This document shows, piece after piece, positions 9,348 to 17,868 of a stretch of 56,827 bases of DNA. Origin of the DNA: a virus. Taxonomy: Duplodnaviria; Caudoviricetes. The notes under the pieces were generated by a model, which searched no databases, was not told where the DNA came from, and saw only the letters and a list, made by a program, of their open reading frames with translations. Numbering within the stretch: position 1 is the stretch's first letter; every line of letters begins with the position of its first letter. The translations under genes and the position numbers were made by a program. The DNA lies in the IMG/VR virus record IMGVR_UViG_3300048856_000110, positions 1-56,827 of that record; one strand, given 5' to 3'.

Positions 9348-10006
9348 GCCGCCCTCGCGTCGATCTCGGTCGCATAGGCGATGGTGGCGCAGACAAAGGC
9401 CGGCTCGGCTTTGTCGGCATCCTCGACGGAGAGCACCGGCGAGACGAGGACGGTGCGGCCGCGGTGCTGGCCGACGAGGCGCAGACCGTCGCCGTGCGGG
9501 CGGCGGCCGACGCGGATGTCGACGTCCACCATGGTCGGTTCAGGCTCGGTCGCGGCCGGCCCCCGATGCCGCGCTGCATAGGCGAATGTCGCCGCGCGCA
9601 TGACCGGCTCCAGCGCCGCAGCGGCCTCGACCGTCAGCGGCGGAGTGAGAAGGGCGTTCCGGTCGCCGACCTTGCCGACGAGGCGGAGGAGATCCTTGTC
9701 GTCATCGACGGGCATGCGGGCGACATAGATGGCGAAGGCCGCGCCGCCGGCGACCACCGCCGCGCGGGCGGTGCCGAGGCGGGCGACCACCGCGTCAACG
9801 TCATGGCCCGCGATCGCCGCCTCGGCGGCGTGATCGCGGGCGGCAAGGCGCCGATCGTCGATGTCGGCCGGCAGCGACTGGTCAAAGGCGTCGTCCTGGC
9901 GTGGAAGGCGGGGATTGCGGCGGCACCAGGTCGGGCCGCGGCTCATCACCTCGTGGACGGGATATCCCGTCTCCTCGGCGATGGCGGCGTGGTTGATGGT
10001 GGGCAT
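9344..10006 (-). CDS. First gene of the PL operon, hypothetical
   Basis: GGAGA RBS; directly downstream of the PL-like promoter. Confidence 0.65.
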   Translation of the reverse strand: MPTINHAAIAEETGYPVHEVMSRGPTWCRRNPRLPRQDDAFDQSLPADIDDRRLAARDHAAEAAIAGHDVDAVVARLGTARAAVVAGGAAFAIYVARMPVDDDKDLLRLVGKVGDRNALLTPPLTVEAAAALEPVMRAATFAYAARHRGPAATEPEPTMVDVDIRVGRRPHGDGLRLVGQHRGRTVLVSPVLSVEDADKAEPAFVCATIAYATEIDARAA

Positions 10007-10044
10007 TGGAGGTCTCCATCGGGCAATTGCCGTTCGATGGAGAA

Positions 10045-10073
10045 ATATTGCGATAATCGCGAAATTGCGTCAA
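10045..10073 (-). promoter_or_regulatory. PL promoter
   Basis: Minus-strand TTGACG-N17-CAATAT with an operator in the spacer. Confidence 0.7.
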
Positions 10074-10098
10074 GCGGTTTCATCGCGATAATCGCGAA
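10048..10098. promoter_or_regulatory. OL operators (2 sites)
   Basis: TTGCGATAATCGCGAA (10048) and ATCGCGATAATCGCGAA (10082); same motif as OR. Confidence 0.8.
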
Positions 10099-10171
10099 TT
10101 ATCGATTGCCTGGCGGCAGTCTGCTGATTCGGCGGCGCTGGACTCTTCGGCCAATCTCGGGAATCAGTCGA

Positions 10172-10186
10172 GAACAAAAACGGAAC
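10172..10186 (+). promoter_or_regulatory. Alphaproteobacterial LexA (SOS) box
   Basis: GAAC-AAAAACG-GAAC, an exact GAAC-N7-GAAC, 13 nt upstream of the ATG at 10200. Confidence 0.75.
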
Positions 10187-10199
10187 ATGAGAGGCTCAT

Positions 10200-10427
10200 A
10201 TGGACGGTGAAATCGCACGCTTTAAGCTTTTCCTGGCTTGCGCAAACTGCCTGCGGCGTTGCTCGAAGACGCTTTGCGTACCGAATGCGGATGATGCACC
10301 TCGAGATATCGAGGAGCTTGTCGGCAGCGCCTTTCTGAATAGCCAGGCTTTCGAGTGCAGCGAGTGCCATGGGGCGATTGCGGAGATCGTCGGCATCAAT
10401 CAGCTGTTTGATGACGTGGCCGCATGA
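10200..10427 (+). CDS. Small Zn-finger-like protein (CxxC...CxxC)
   Basis: CANC and CSEC; GAGG RBS; ATGA coupling to the next gene. Confidence 0.7.
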   Translation: MDGEIARFKLFLACANCLRRCSKTLCVPNADDAPRDIEELVGSAFLNSQAFECSECHGAIAEIVGINQLFDDVAA

Positions 10428-10792
10428 GGGAAGATCGGGGCAAGCCGTGGGGCATGATCTCGGCACCGCCAGGCCTTGGGATCGATGGCGCCGCGATGAT
10501 CGTGAAGGGCGGTTCGATGGGAGGCATCGCCAACAATTCGCTGGTCTTCTACGACGAGGAGGTTGAGATGCCGTGCCTGGATCTGGTGGGCGAGCTAGTT
10601 GTTGCCGCGGTAGAGCCGTCGGGCGAACGCTACGTGCGTTTCCTCGAGCAGGGTTCGCAAATCGGGCTCTACAACCTCAGATCCGCGACGGGGCCTACCC
10701 TAGCTGACGTTCGCTTGAGGTGGGCGGCTTTGGTGAAGTGGGTGAAGCTCCCTCCGCACGAGCAAAAGTTCGAACGGCCGGCCTCTAGCTGA
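10424..10792 (+). CDS. Stand-alone peptidase S24-like domain without HTH; catalytic Lys apparently replaced by Arg
   Basis: MIVKGGSM, LVFYD, LVGELVV, YVRFL, YNLRS, DVRLRWAALVK resemble the C-terminal domain of alphaproteobacterial cI-like repressors. Confidence 0.7.
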   Translation: MREDRGKPWGMISAPPGLGIDGAAMIVKGGSMGGIANNSLVFYDEEVEMPCLDLVGELVVAAVEPSGERYVRFLEQGSQIGLYNLRSATGPTLADVRLRWAALVKWVKLPPHEQKFERPASS

Positions 10793-11501
10793 TCTTGTTG
10801 GTGACCGATCGCACGAGGGCGATGATCTCGATCCTTGTGCCGTCGTCTGCTTGCGCATCTCGGTCGACGATTATGGGCCGGTGCTTCGGATTGGTCGACC
10901 TCGGGTGAAACTCAACCCGGTCGTCATGCAGTTCCACCTGCTTGACCGACCACTCGCGCAGATGACCCCCATCGCGGGTCCGCTCGACAACGACCGTCAT
11001 GCCGTCACGGACCGGGTAGAGATGCGCGACGTCCTCATAGGCAACGCAGATCGCCCGACCACCTGGAAGAAGCGGGGGGTGCATAGCGTTCATGGAATCC
11101 CCCCGTATCTCGAACACGAGAATCCGCGCGCGCGGGAATTCCGGATCCTCCGGGACGATGACCCGCTCGGGCTCTCGTTGATCGAACTCGTCGATCTCGA
11201 TGAACGACCCGGCCTCAACGACGCCAGCGACCAGCGCGTGGGCGAAACCGCCAGTCACGGGCTGCACTACGTCACTATCAGAATGAGGAGAGCCGTCTGC
11301 TTTCTGGCCGAAAAACTCTTCAATTTTTGGCAGCTCGTGAGCCTTGATGTCGCGGGTTTCCGCTCCGAGCCCGATCGCTGCCATCCGCGTGATCTTTGTC
11401 GGTGTCAGGCCGAGATGCTTCGCCAATCGGGCACGCGTGCCTCTCGGGCTCTCGTCAAGCTTTTTAGCCAGCCACACTTTAAAGCTGTGTTGATCATCCA
11501 T
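10785..11501 (-). CDS. cI: cI-like repressor (HTH + S24 autopeptidase)
   Basis: N-terminal HTH (ARLAKHLGLTPTKITRM), GVVEAG cleavage site, IRGDSMN catalytic Ser, WSVKQ catalytic Lys. Confidence 0.9.
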   Translation of the reverse strand: MDDQHSFKVWLAKKLDESPRGTRARLAKHLGLTPTKITRMAAIGLGAETRDIKAHELPKIEEFFGQKADGSPHSDSDVVQPVTGGFAHALVAGVVEAGSFIEIDEFDQREPERVIVPEDPEFPRARILVFEIRGDSMNAMHPPLLPGGRAICVAYEDVAHLYPVRDGMTVVVERTRDGGHLREWSVKQVELHDDRVEFHPRSTNPKHRPIIVDRDAQADDGTRIEIIALVRSVTNKIS

Positions 11502-11510
11502 CCCGGCATC

Positions 11511-11584
11511 TTTGCGGAATGCGCGAATTTTTCCATCGCGATATTCGCGAATTACGCTTGACAGTTTATCGCGAATATCGCGAT
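11511..11584. promoter_or_regulatory. OR operators (3 sites) and PR promoter
   Basis: ATCGCGATATTCGCGAA (11535), ATCGCGAATATCGCGAT (11568), degenerate TTTGCGGAATGCGCGAA (11511); TTGACA at 11558. Confidence 0.8.
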
Positions 11585-11585
11585 T

Positions 11586-11849
11586 ATGTCGGCCATGAGG
11601 AAGCACCGGCTCGAACCTGCAAGATCTGTCATCGCCAAGCTGGGCGGCATCGACGTCGTCAGCGAGGCTACCGGCAGACATGTCTCCCGCATTTATCGCT
11701 GGATGTACCCGAAGGTTCAGGGTGGGACAGGCGGGCTGATCCCGCAGAGTGAGGCCGCCAAGCTTCTCGCATTCGCTCATGCAAACCAGATCCCACTTTC
11801 TGCCGCTGACTTTTTCGCCGCGGACACCGGCTCAGAGGTGGCTGCATGA
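11586..11849 (+). CDS. cro: Cro-like protein (start may be 11595, possibly leaderless)
   Basis: Divergent from cI; VIAKLGGIDVVSEATGRHVSRIYRW...GGTGGLIP. Confidence 0.82.
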   Translation: MSAMRKHRLEPARSVIAKLGGIDVVSEATGRHVSRIYRWMYPKVQGGTGGLIPQSEAAKLLAFAHANQIPLSAADFFAADTGSEVAA

Positions 11850-11943
11850 AACACGTCGCGCCTTCCTCACCAAGACACGATGCCTCCGCCGGCCGGCACG
11901 GTCACGGTAATTCGCAGGCTGCATCTTACCCCGAGATCGCCCG

Positions 11944-12387
11944 ATGAGCGCGCCTTTCACCGACCTCGACGAGCGCGCGCTGAAGGCGATGACCGGCGAA
12001 CTGGTCTCTGCCTGCGGTGGCACCAAGGCTGTCTCGATGATCCTTGGGCTCTCCGAGCCGCGGGTCTCCGGCTACACCAGCGTCTCCCACATGGACCGGT
12101 TCATGCCGGTGCGGGCCGTTACCAAACTGGAACTCACCATCGGCTCGCCGATCGTCAGCCGCTGGATGTCCGAACGCCTGACCCGGGACGGTGGCGCAGA
12201 TGCCGCGACGCTGACGGTCAAAGACCTGTGCCGCATCGTCAAGGAGACGTCGGACCTCAACAGCGTGATGGGTGAGGCCTTGAGCGACGGGATCGTCAAC
12301 TCGGCCGACCGCGCCGCTATCCGACAGGAGATCGTCGAGCTCCGCCTCGTTCTCGACGCCCTCGAGCAGAAGGTCGAGCTGACATGA
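11944..12387 (+). CDS. CII-like regulatory protein
   Basis: Position after cro; LVSACGG, FMPV...LE, KETSD...ALSDG...IRQEI pattern. Confidence 0.65.
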   Translation: MSAPFTDLDERALKAMTGELVSACGGTKAVSMILGLSEPRVSGYTSVSHMDRFMPVRAVTKLELTIGSPIVSRWMSERLTRDGGADAATLTVKDLCRIVKETSDLNSVMGEALSDGIVNSADRAAIRQEIVELRLVLDALEQKVELT

Positions 12388-12620
12388 GGGGCAGTGGCGG
12401 TTTTCTTGCAGCGGCCGTCTCGCTGCTCTCGGCCATGCCGGTGGTCGCCCTCGGCCATGGCGGCCAGTTTCCGGCGGCCGCCCGGTTTCGCCTGCGCGGC
12501 CGGCGCTATCCGCATGACGGTCTGCGCCAGTGCGCTCGCTACTCCAGGCAGATCGCCGCCGGTCGCCTCACCGTTTCCAACGGCCTAGCGCCTCCGGGCG
12601 CCGTGGTTCCGCGCGGGTAG
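12384..12620 (+). CDS. Hypothetical protein
   Basis: ATGA coupling. Confidence 0.5.
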   Translation: MRGSGGFLAAAVSLLSAMPVVALGHGGQFPAAARFRLRGRRYPHDGLRQCARYSRQIAAGRLTVSNGLAPPGAVVPRG

Positions 12621-12845
12621 CGTTCCTCGCGCGGCAGAGCCGGGTCCGTCACTCCCCTCGGGGCGGGCCCGGCGACATTCCCGCCCCGGCGGGAGGAGAG
12701 GGCGGCGACGGTATCGCAGGAGTGCGGATGCCGCCCTCCGATTTTCCCGGCCCTGGCTGGGGGCTTTCCGCGCGGGTCCTCCCCTTGCGCGGCAGACTGC
12801 CGGGCCCGTCGCTGTCTGACGGGGCGGGCCCGGTCCTTTTTCTCT
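12607..12845 (+). ncRNA. Putative structured RNA: duplicated ~67-nt two-hairpin unit plus two further hairpins, ending in a U-rich tail
   Basis: Units 12607-12673 and 12766-12833 share TTCCGCGCGGG...GCGCGGCAGA..GCCGGGYCCGTC...GGGGCGGGCCCGG; stems conserved, loops differ (ACTCCCCT, TCCTCCC). Confidence 0.55.
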
Positions 12846-12861
12846 CCCCCAGGACGGCTTC

Positions 12862-13596
12862 ATGCTCCATGACCCCACCCTTTCGGCAGCCGGCGCGGAG
12901 GCCGATCGCGCCACCGCCGGCCGGCCGCCGGTGGTGCCGTTTCCAGGCGGCGTCTTCGACGTCGTCTATGCCGACCCTGCCTGGAACTTCAAATCGAACT
13001 CGCTCGCCAAGCCCGGGCGCAATGCGCGCCGGCACTATCCAACGATGAGCCTCGCCGAGATCGCCGCGCTGCCAGTGCGTGAGCACGTCGCCGACAATGC
13101 GGTGCTGTTCTTCTGGATCACCGGGCCGTTTCTGGTGACCGGCGCGCATCTGCCGATCTTCAAGGCCTGGGGCTTCAAGCCGACCGCCATGGGCTTCACC
13201 TGGATGAAGCTGAACAAGAACGCGCCGACGCTCTTCTTCACCCGCGACGATCTCTTCATGAGCGGCGGGTTTACCACCCGCAAGAACGCCGAGTTCTGCG
13301 TCCTCGGCCGGCGCGGCCGGAGCCTCCGGCATTCGAAGTCGGTGCGCGAGGCGGTGCTCGAGCCGCGCCGTGAGCATTCGCGCAAGCCCGACAGCGTGAT
13401 CGAGGGCATCGAGCGCTATGTCGGGCCGGACAAGCGGATGCTGGAGCTGTTCGCGCGGTCTGAGCGGACAGGCTGGACGAGCTGGGGCAACGAGACGGAC
13501 CGCTATCCCGCGGCGCCGCTGTCCCCCGTCCCGGTATATCCCCAAACGTCTACACCGCTTCCTAAAATGGTGTATCCCGCGGTGCTGGCATGCTGA
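12862..13596 (+). CDS. MT-A70-family adenine methyltransferase
   Basis: FDVVYADPAW, HYPTMS, WGF, TRKNAEFC, REHSRKPD, LELFAR, GWTSWGNE. Confidence 0.9.
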   Translation: MLHDPTLSAAGAEADRATAGRPPVVPFPGGVFDVVYADPAWNFKSNSLAKPGRNARRHYPTMSLAEIAALPVREHVADNAVLFFWITGPFLVTGAHLPIFKAWGFKPTAMGFTWMKLNKNAPTLFFTRDDLFMSGGFTTRKNAEFCVLGRRGRSLRHSKSVREAVLEPRREHSRKPDSVIEGIERYVGPDKRMLELFARSERTGWTSWGNETDRYPAAPLSPVPVYPQTSTPLPKMVYPAVLAC

Positions 13597-14135
13597 GGTT
13601 CGGAATCACGCCGGTGCCGTTCGTCTCGATGTGGACGAGCGAGACGCCCATCACCATCGAGCCTTGCCGCTACGCGGGCGGCCGGCCGGCGCTGTGCCAG
13701 CCGCAGTCGCCCGGCGTCGGCCGGCCGGTGTTCGTCAAGCCGCACATGGTCCGGCAGCGGCAGGCGATCGTCGATGGTCTTTGCGACACCTGCGGCAGAA
13801 GCCTTGCCGGCCGCACGAAGGTTTCGCTCTCGCATGCGCGGGTGAATTTCAAGGGTGCGAACGGGCCCTGCGTCATGCAGGTCGAGCCACTGCTGCACAA
13901 GGCGTGCGCTGCCCTGTCTCTCCGGCACTGCCCTTCGCTTCGCCGGGATATCCGCGAAGGCCGCATCACAGTTCGTCAGGTCGGCCGGCATCGCGTGCAG
14001 ATGGCCCTGCTGACCGCCGCAGCGACGATGGAGGCCTGCGGCGTCCCAGCGCCGGGCGCGATCGGTCACGCCAAGATCGAGCTTCTCGGCTGGACCGACC
14101 GGAACCTCGACTGGATCGGAGGCGCGTCATGCTGA
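13590..14135 (+). CDS. Cys/His-rich hypothetical phage protein
   Basis: PVPFVSMW, HMVRQRQAIVDGLCDTCG, EPLLHKACA...CPSL. Confidence 0.65.
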   Translation: MLRFGITPVPFVSMWTSETPITIEPCRYAGGRPALCQPQSPGVGRPVFVKPHMVRQRQAIVDGLCDTCGRSLAGRTKVSLSHARVNFKGANGPCVMQVEPLLHKACAALSLRHCPSLRRDIREGRITVRQVGRHRVQMALLTAAATMEACGVPAPGAIGHAKIELLGWTDRNLDWIGGASC

Positions 14136-14494
14136 CAATCCTCATCGCCCGCATCGAACTCGCCGGCCGCTGCGACATGGAGCTCGACGCCGATCTCCTC
14201 GGCTGGCTCTCGACGCTGCCGCAGATCGGCAAGACGGAGATGTGGCTTCGGCATTCCTACGGCCTCGTCGGCAATCTTACCGGCGCCGAGCGGCTGCTGC
14301 AGGATCTCGTGCCAGGCGCGGGGTGGAGCCTTGCCGTCGGTCCGGCGACAGGCGCACGCGCGGTCGTCGCCATTCCCGGCCCGTTCGGCCTTGAGAGCCG
14401 TGGCGGTATCGCGCCGGTCGCGGCCAACGCGCTCCTGGCTGCGACCCTGCGCGCCCATGCGGAACCCCCCATTTTCCCAAAGGAGCCGGCATGA
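14129..14494 (+). CDS. Hypothetical protein
   Basis: ATG at 14129 after GGAGG; coupled to both neighbours. Confidence 0.55.
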   Translation: MLTILIARIELAGRCDMELDADLLGWLSTLPQIGKTEMWLRHSYGLVGNLTGAERLLQDLVPGAGWSLAVGPATGARAVVAIPGPFGLESRGGIAPVAANALLAATLRAHAEPPIFPKEPA

Positions 14495-15138
14495 CACCCG
14501 ATCTGGAATCCGCCGTCGCCCTCTGGAACGAGGGCAAGACGATGACCGAGATGGCCGCGGCGCTCGGACCTGATGTCACCCGCAACCAGGTCGCCGGGCT
14601 CATCGCGCGCAACCGGGCGCGTTTCGAAATGCGCCAGAAGCAGAAGGAAGTGCCGCCCGAGACCGTCGACGCGGCGGCGCGGCTGTGGGCGACGAACGCC
14701 AGCGAAGAGACGATCGTCGCCGAACTCGGATTCCGTGACGTCCTGCATTTCCGGCGGGTGAAAGAAGCCCATCTCGACCGGTTCCCCAGCCGGCGCTGCG
14801 TCTCGGCGAAGCTGAAGGCCGACATGGCGCAGGAAACACGGCGGGCGAAGGCGGCGCGCGCCGCCGTGCGCCAGACGCGGGCGCCGGCCAATGATGTCGA
14901 GGACCTGGACGTTGCGACGGAAGCCGCGGCCCCGCCGACCCGCGCGGAATCCTTCCGGCCGCTCGCGGGGCAATTGCCCATCGCCGTCGAGATGTGCGGC
15001 GGCTGTCGCTGGCCGGTGCATGCCGAGGGCGACCCGATGCGGGAGACGGCCCGGTTCTTCTGCGGCGCCGTGCAGGACCGCGGCTCGTCCTACTGCGCGA
15101 CGCACCGGGCCGTCGGAACCGTGGCGAGGGCGGCATGA
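14491..15138 (+). CDS. gcrA: GcrA-family cell-cycle regulator homologue
   Basis: N-terminal LWNEGKTMTEMAAALG.VTRNQVAGLIAR; C-terminal CRWPV...FFCGA...SSYCATH. Confidence 0.85.
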   Translation: MTPDLESAVALWNEGKTMTEMAAALGPDVTRNQVAGLIARNRARFEMRQKQKEVPPETVDAAARLWATNASEETIVAELGFRDVLHFRRVKEAHLDRFPSRRCVSAKLKADMAQETRRAKAARAAVRQTRAPANDVEDLDVATEAAAPPTRAESFRPLAGQLPIAVEMCGGCRWPVHAEGDPMRETARFFCGAVQDRGSSYCATHRAVGTVARAA

Positions 15139-17663
15139 CCCGGCAATCCTATCGCGACTTCCTCGAAGCGAAGGTCCGGATCGCGGACAAGGTTGGCTTC
15201 GACCTGCCGCCATCCGCCTTTCACCCCAGGCTGAAGGACCATCAGCGCGCCATCGCCCGCTGGGCGGTCGCCGGCGGCCGGCGCGCCTTCTTCACCCGCT
15301 TCGGGTTGGGGAAGACCGGCATGCAGCTGGAGACGATGGACAAAGTTCTTGGCCAGCTCGACGACGCGATCGGTTTGATCGTGATGCCGCTCGGCGTTCG
15401 GCAGGAATTCTTGCGCGAGGCCAAGCTCCTCGGCCTCGAGGTGCGCTTCATCCGGTCGCCGCACGAGATCGATCGCGCGGCCTGCCGAATATATCTCACC
15501 AATTACGAGAGCGTGCGGGACGGCCGGCTCGACCCGGCCCTTTTCTCCGCGGCGAGCCTCGACGAGGCCTCGGTCCTGCGCAGCTACGGGTCGAAGACCT
15601 ATCAGACCTTCCTCACGATCTTCCGGGACGTGCCGTTCCGCTTCGTCGCTACGGCGACGCCCTCGCCGAACCGGCTGAAGGAGCTGATCCACTATGCCGG
15701 CTTCCTCGGCGTGATGGATACCGGGGAGGCGCTGACGCGGTTCTTCCAGCGCAACAGCGAGAAGGCCAACGACCTCACGCTCTATCCGCACAAGGAGCGC
15801 GAGTTCTGGCTTTGGGTGAACAGCTGGGCGGTGTTCCTGCAGAAGCCGTCCGATCTCGGCTTTTCCGACGAGGGCTACACGCTGCCCGACCTCGACGTGC
15901 GCTATCACGAGGTGGAGACGACGCTCTTCGACGGGTCCTTCGAGCGGGACGGGCAGGGCGTCCTGATCCGTGACACGACGGTCGATCTCGCTGGCGCCGC
16001 ACGCGAGAAGCGGGCGACGCTGCCCGTCCGCATCCAGAAGATGGCCGAGATCGTCGCGGCGGCCCCCGCCGAGCATTTCATCCTTTGGCACGACCTCGAG
16101 GACGAGCGGCGCGCGATCGAGCGTGCCCTGCCGGAGGCGGTCTCGATCTTCGGCGCGCAGGACCTCGACACGCGCGAGGAGGCGATCATCGACTTCTCGG
16201 AAGGGCGCTTCCGGATCCTGGCGGCAAAGCCGGTGATCGCCGGCTCCGGCTGCAATTTCCAGCGCCACTGCCACCGCGCCGTTTTCCTCGGCATCGGCTT
16301 CAAGTTCAACGACTTCATCCAGTCGGTCCACCGTATCCAGCGCTTCGGCCAGGAGCATCCCGTGCGCATCGACATCGTCCACGCCGAGAGCGAGCGCGAG
16401 GTCCTGCGGGCGCTGCGCCGGAAATGGACCCAGCACGAGGAGATGGTGGAGACCATGAGCGAGATCATCCGGCAATACGGGCTCGAGCAGCTGAACATGG
16501 CCTCGGAAATGCTGCGGGCCATGGGACTGGAGCGGACCGAAGCGACGGGCGCGATGTGGCGCGTCGCCAACAACGACTGCGTCGACGAGACCCGCGCCAT
16601 GGCGGAAAACTCGGTCGACCTGATCGTGACCTCGATCCCCTTCGCCAACCATTACGAGTACACGCCGAGCTACAACGACTTCGGCCACACCGACAACAAC
16701 GACCACTTCTGGGCGCAGATGGACTTCCTGGCGCCGGAGCTGAAGCGCGTGCTGAAGCCCGGGCGGATCGCGGCGCTGCATGTGAAGGACCGGATCAATT
16801 TCGGATCGGTCACGGGGCACGGCCGGCCGACGGTGTCGCCCTTCCATGCCGAGGCGATCTTCCATAGCCTGAAACACGGCCTGCAGTACCTCGGGATGAT
16901 CACGGTCGTCACCGACGTGGTCTTCGAGAACAACGGCACCTACCGGCTCTCCTACGGCGAGATGCTGAAGGACTCGACGAAGATGGGCGTCGGCTCGCCC
17001 GAATACGTGCTCCTCTTCTCCAAGCCGCAGACTGACCGGTCGAAGGGCTATGCCGACACGCCGGTGGTGAAGAGCCGCGAGGAATATTCGCTGGCGCGCT
17101 GGCAGATCGACGCGCACGCCTTCTGGCGCTCGTCGGGCGACAGGATCCTGACGGCCGAGGAACTGGCGAAGCTGCCGACCAAGACGCTGGTGCGCGCCTT
17201 CACCCAGCGCAGCCTACAGGGCGTCTACGACTACCGCGAGCATGTCGAGATCGGCGAGACGCTGGAGGCGGGGCATGTGCTGCCGGTGACCTTCATGAGC
17301 CTCGCGCCGGGATCGATGGACCCGGACGTCTGGCACGACATCAACCGCATGCGCACGCTGAACGGGGAGCAGGCGGCGAAGGGGCGCGAGAAGCACATTT
17401 GCCCTCTGCAGTTCGACATCGTCGACCGGCTGATCGAGCGCTACTCGATGAAGGGCGAGACGGTATTCGACCCGTTCGGCGGCCTCTTCACCGTGCCCTA
17501 TCGCGCCATCCGGCTCGGCCGGCGCGGTGCGGCCGTCGAGCTGAATGCGGGCTATTTCCGCGACGGCGTGCGGCACCTCCAGGCCGAAGAGGCCCGGCTC
17601 GCCGTGCCGACGCTGTTTCAGCTGATGGACATGCCGGCCGCCCAGCAGGGAGAGGCGGCATGA
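15135..17663 (+). CDS. SNF2-like helicase fused to a beta-class N4/N6 DNA methyltransferase
   Basis: GLGKT, LDEAS, ATATPSPN, RIQRFGQ; then VDLIVTSIPF, HICPLQ, VFDPFGG. Confidence 0.88.
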   Translation: MTRQSYRDFLEAKVRIADKVGFDLPPSAFHPRLKDHQRAIARWAVAGGRRAFFTRFGLGKTGMQLETMDKVLGQLDDAIGLIVMPLGVRQEFLREAKLLGLEVRFIRSPHEIDRAACRIYLTNYESVRDGRLDPALFSAASLDEASVLRSYGSKTYQTFLTIFRDVPFRFVATATPSPNRLKELIHYAGFLGVMDTGEALTRFFQRNSEKANDLTLYPHKEREFWLWVNSWAVFLQKPSDLGFSDEGYTLPDLDVRYHEVETTLFDGSFERDGQGVLIRDTTVDLAGAAREKRATLPVRIQKMAEIVAAAPAEHFILWHDLEDERRAIERALPEAVSIFGAQDLDTREEAIIDFSEGRFRILAAKPVIAGSGCNFQRHCHRAVFLGIGFKFNDFIQSVHRIQRFGQEHPVRIDIVHAESEREVLRALRRKWTQHEEMVETMSEIIRQYGLEQLNMASEMLRAMGLERTEATGAMWRVANNDCVDETRAMAENSVDLIVTSIPFANHYEYTPSYNDFGHTDNNDHFWAQMDFLAPELKRVLKPGRIAALHVKDRINFGSVTGHGRPTVSPFHAEAIFHSLKHGLQYLGMITVVTDVVFENNGTYRLSYGEMLKDSTKMGVGSPEYVLLFSKPQTDRSKGYADTPVVKSREEYSLARWQIDAHAFWRSSGDRILTAEELAKLPTKTLVRAFTQRSLQGVYDYREHVEIGETLEAGHVLPVTFMSLAPGSMDPDVWHDINRMRTLNGEQAAKGREKHICPLQFDIVDRLIERYSMKGETVFDPFGGLFTVPYRAIRLGRRGAAVELNAGYFRDGVRHLQAEEARLAVPTLFQLMDMPAAQQGEAA

Positions 17664-17863
17664 ACGCGCCCCTCTCGATCGTTCCCGATCCCACGGCGCT
17701 GCCGACGATCGCCGCGGCGCTCCTCGTCGCAGCCGCCGTGTTCCACGTCGGCCTGTGCATCGCCTTCGACCCGTCCGAGCAGCGCGTGCGCCGGCTCGGT
17801 CTCGGCGTGATGACGGCCGGCGCCTTCGGCTTCGTCGCCGTCATCATCCTGGTCGCGAGGTGA
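17660..17863 (+). CDS. Small two-TM membrane protein
   Basis: ATGA coupling; two hydrophobic segments. Confidence 0.6.
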   Translation: MNAPLSIVPDPTALPTIAAALLVAAAVFHVGLCIAFDPSEQRVRRLGLGVMTAGAFGFVAVIILVAR

Positions 17864-17868
17864 GCCCG

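Noticed and set aside
11502-11780. N-terminal extension of cI given in the ORF track
   Set aside because: It overlaps the operators and cro; Met at 11501 directly precedes the HTH
15090-17117. Long antisense ORFs (also 32842..34314, 3403..4641, 6982..8442, 38552..40108)
   Set aside because: Shadows of high-GC coding genes on the opposite strand
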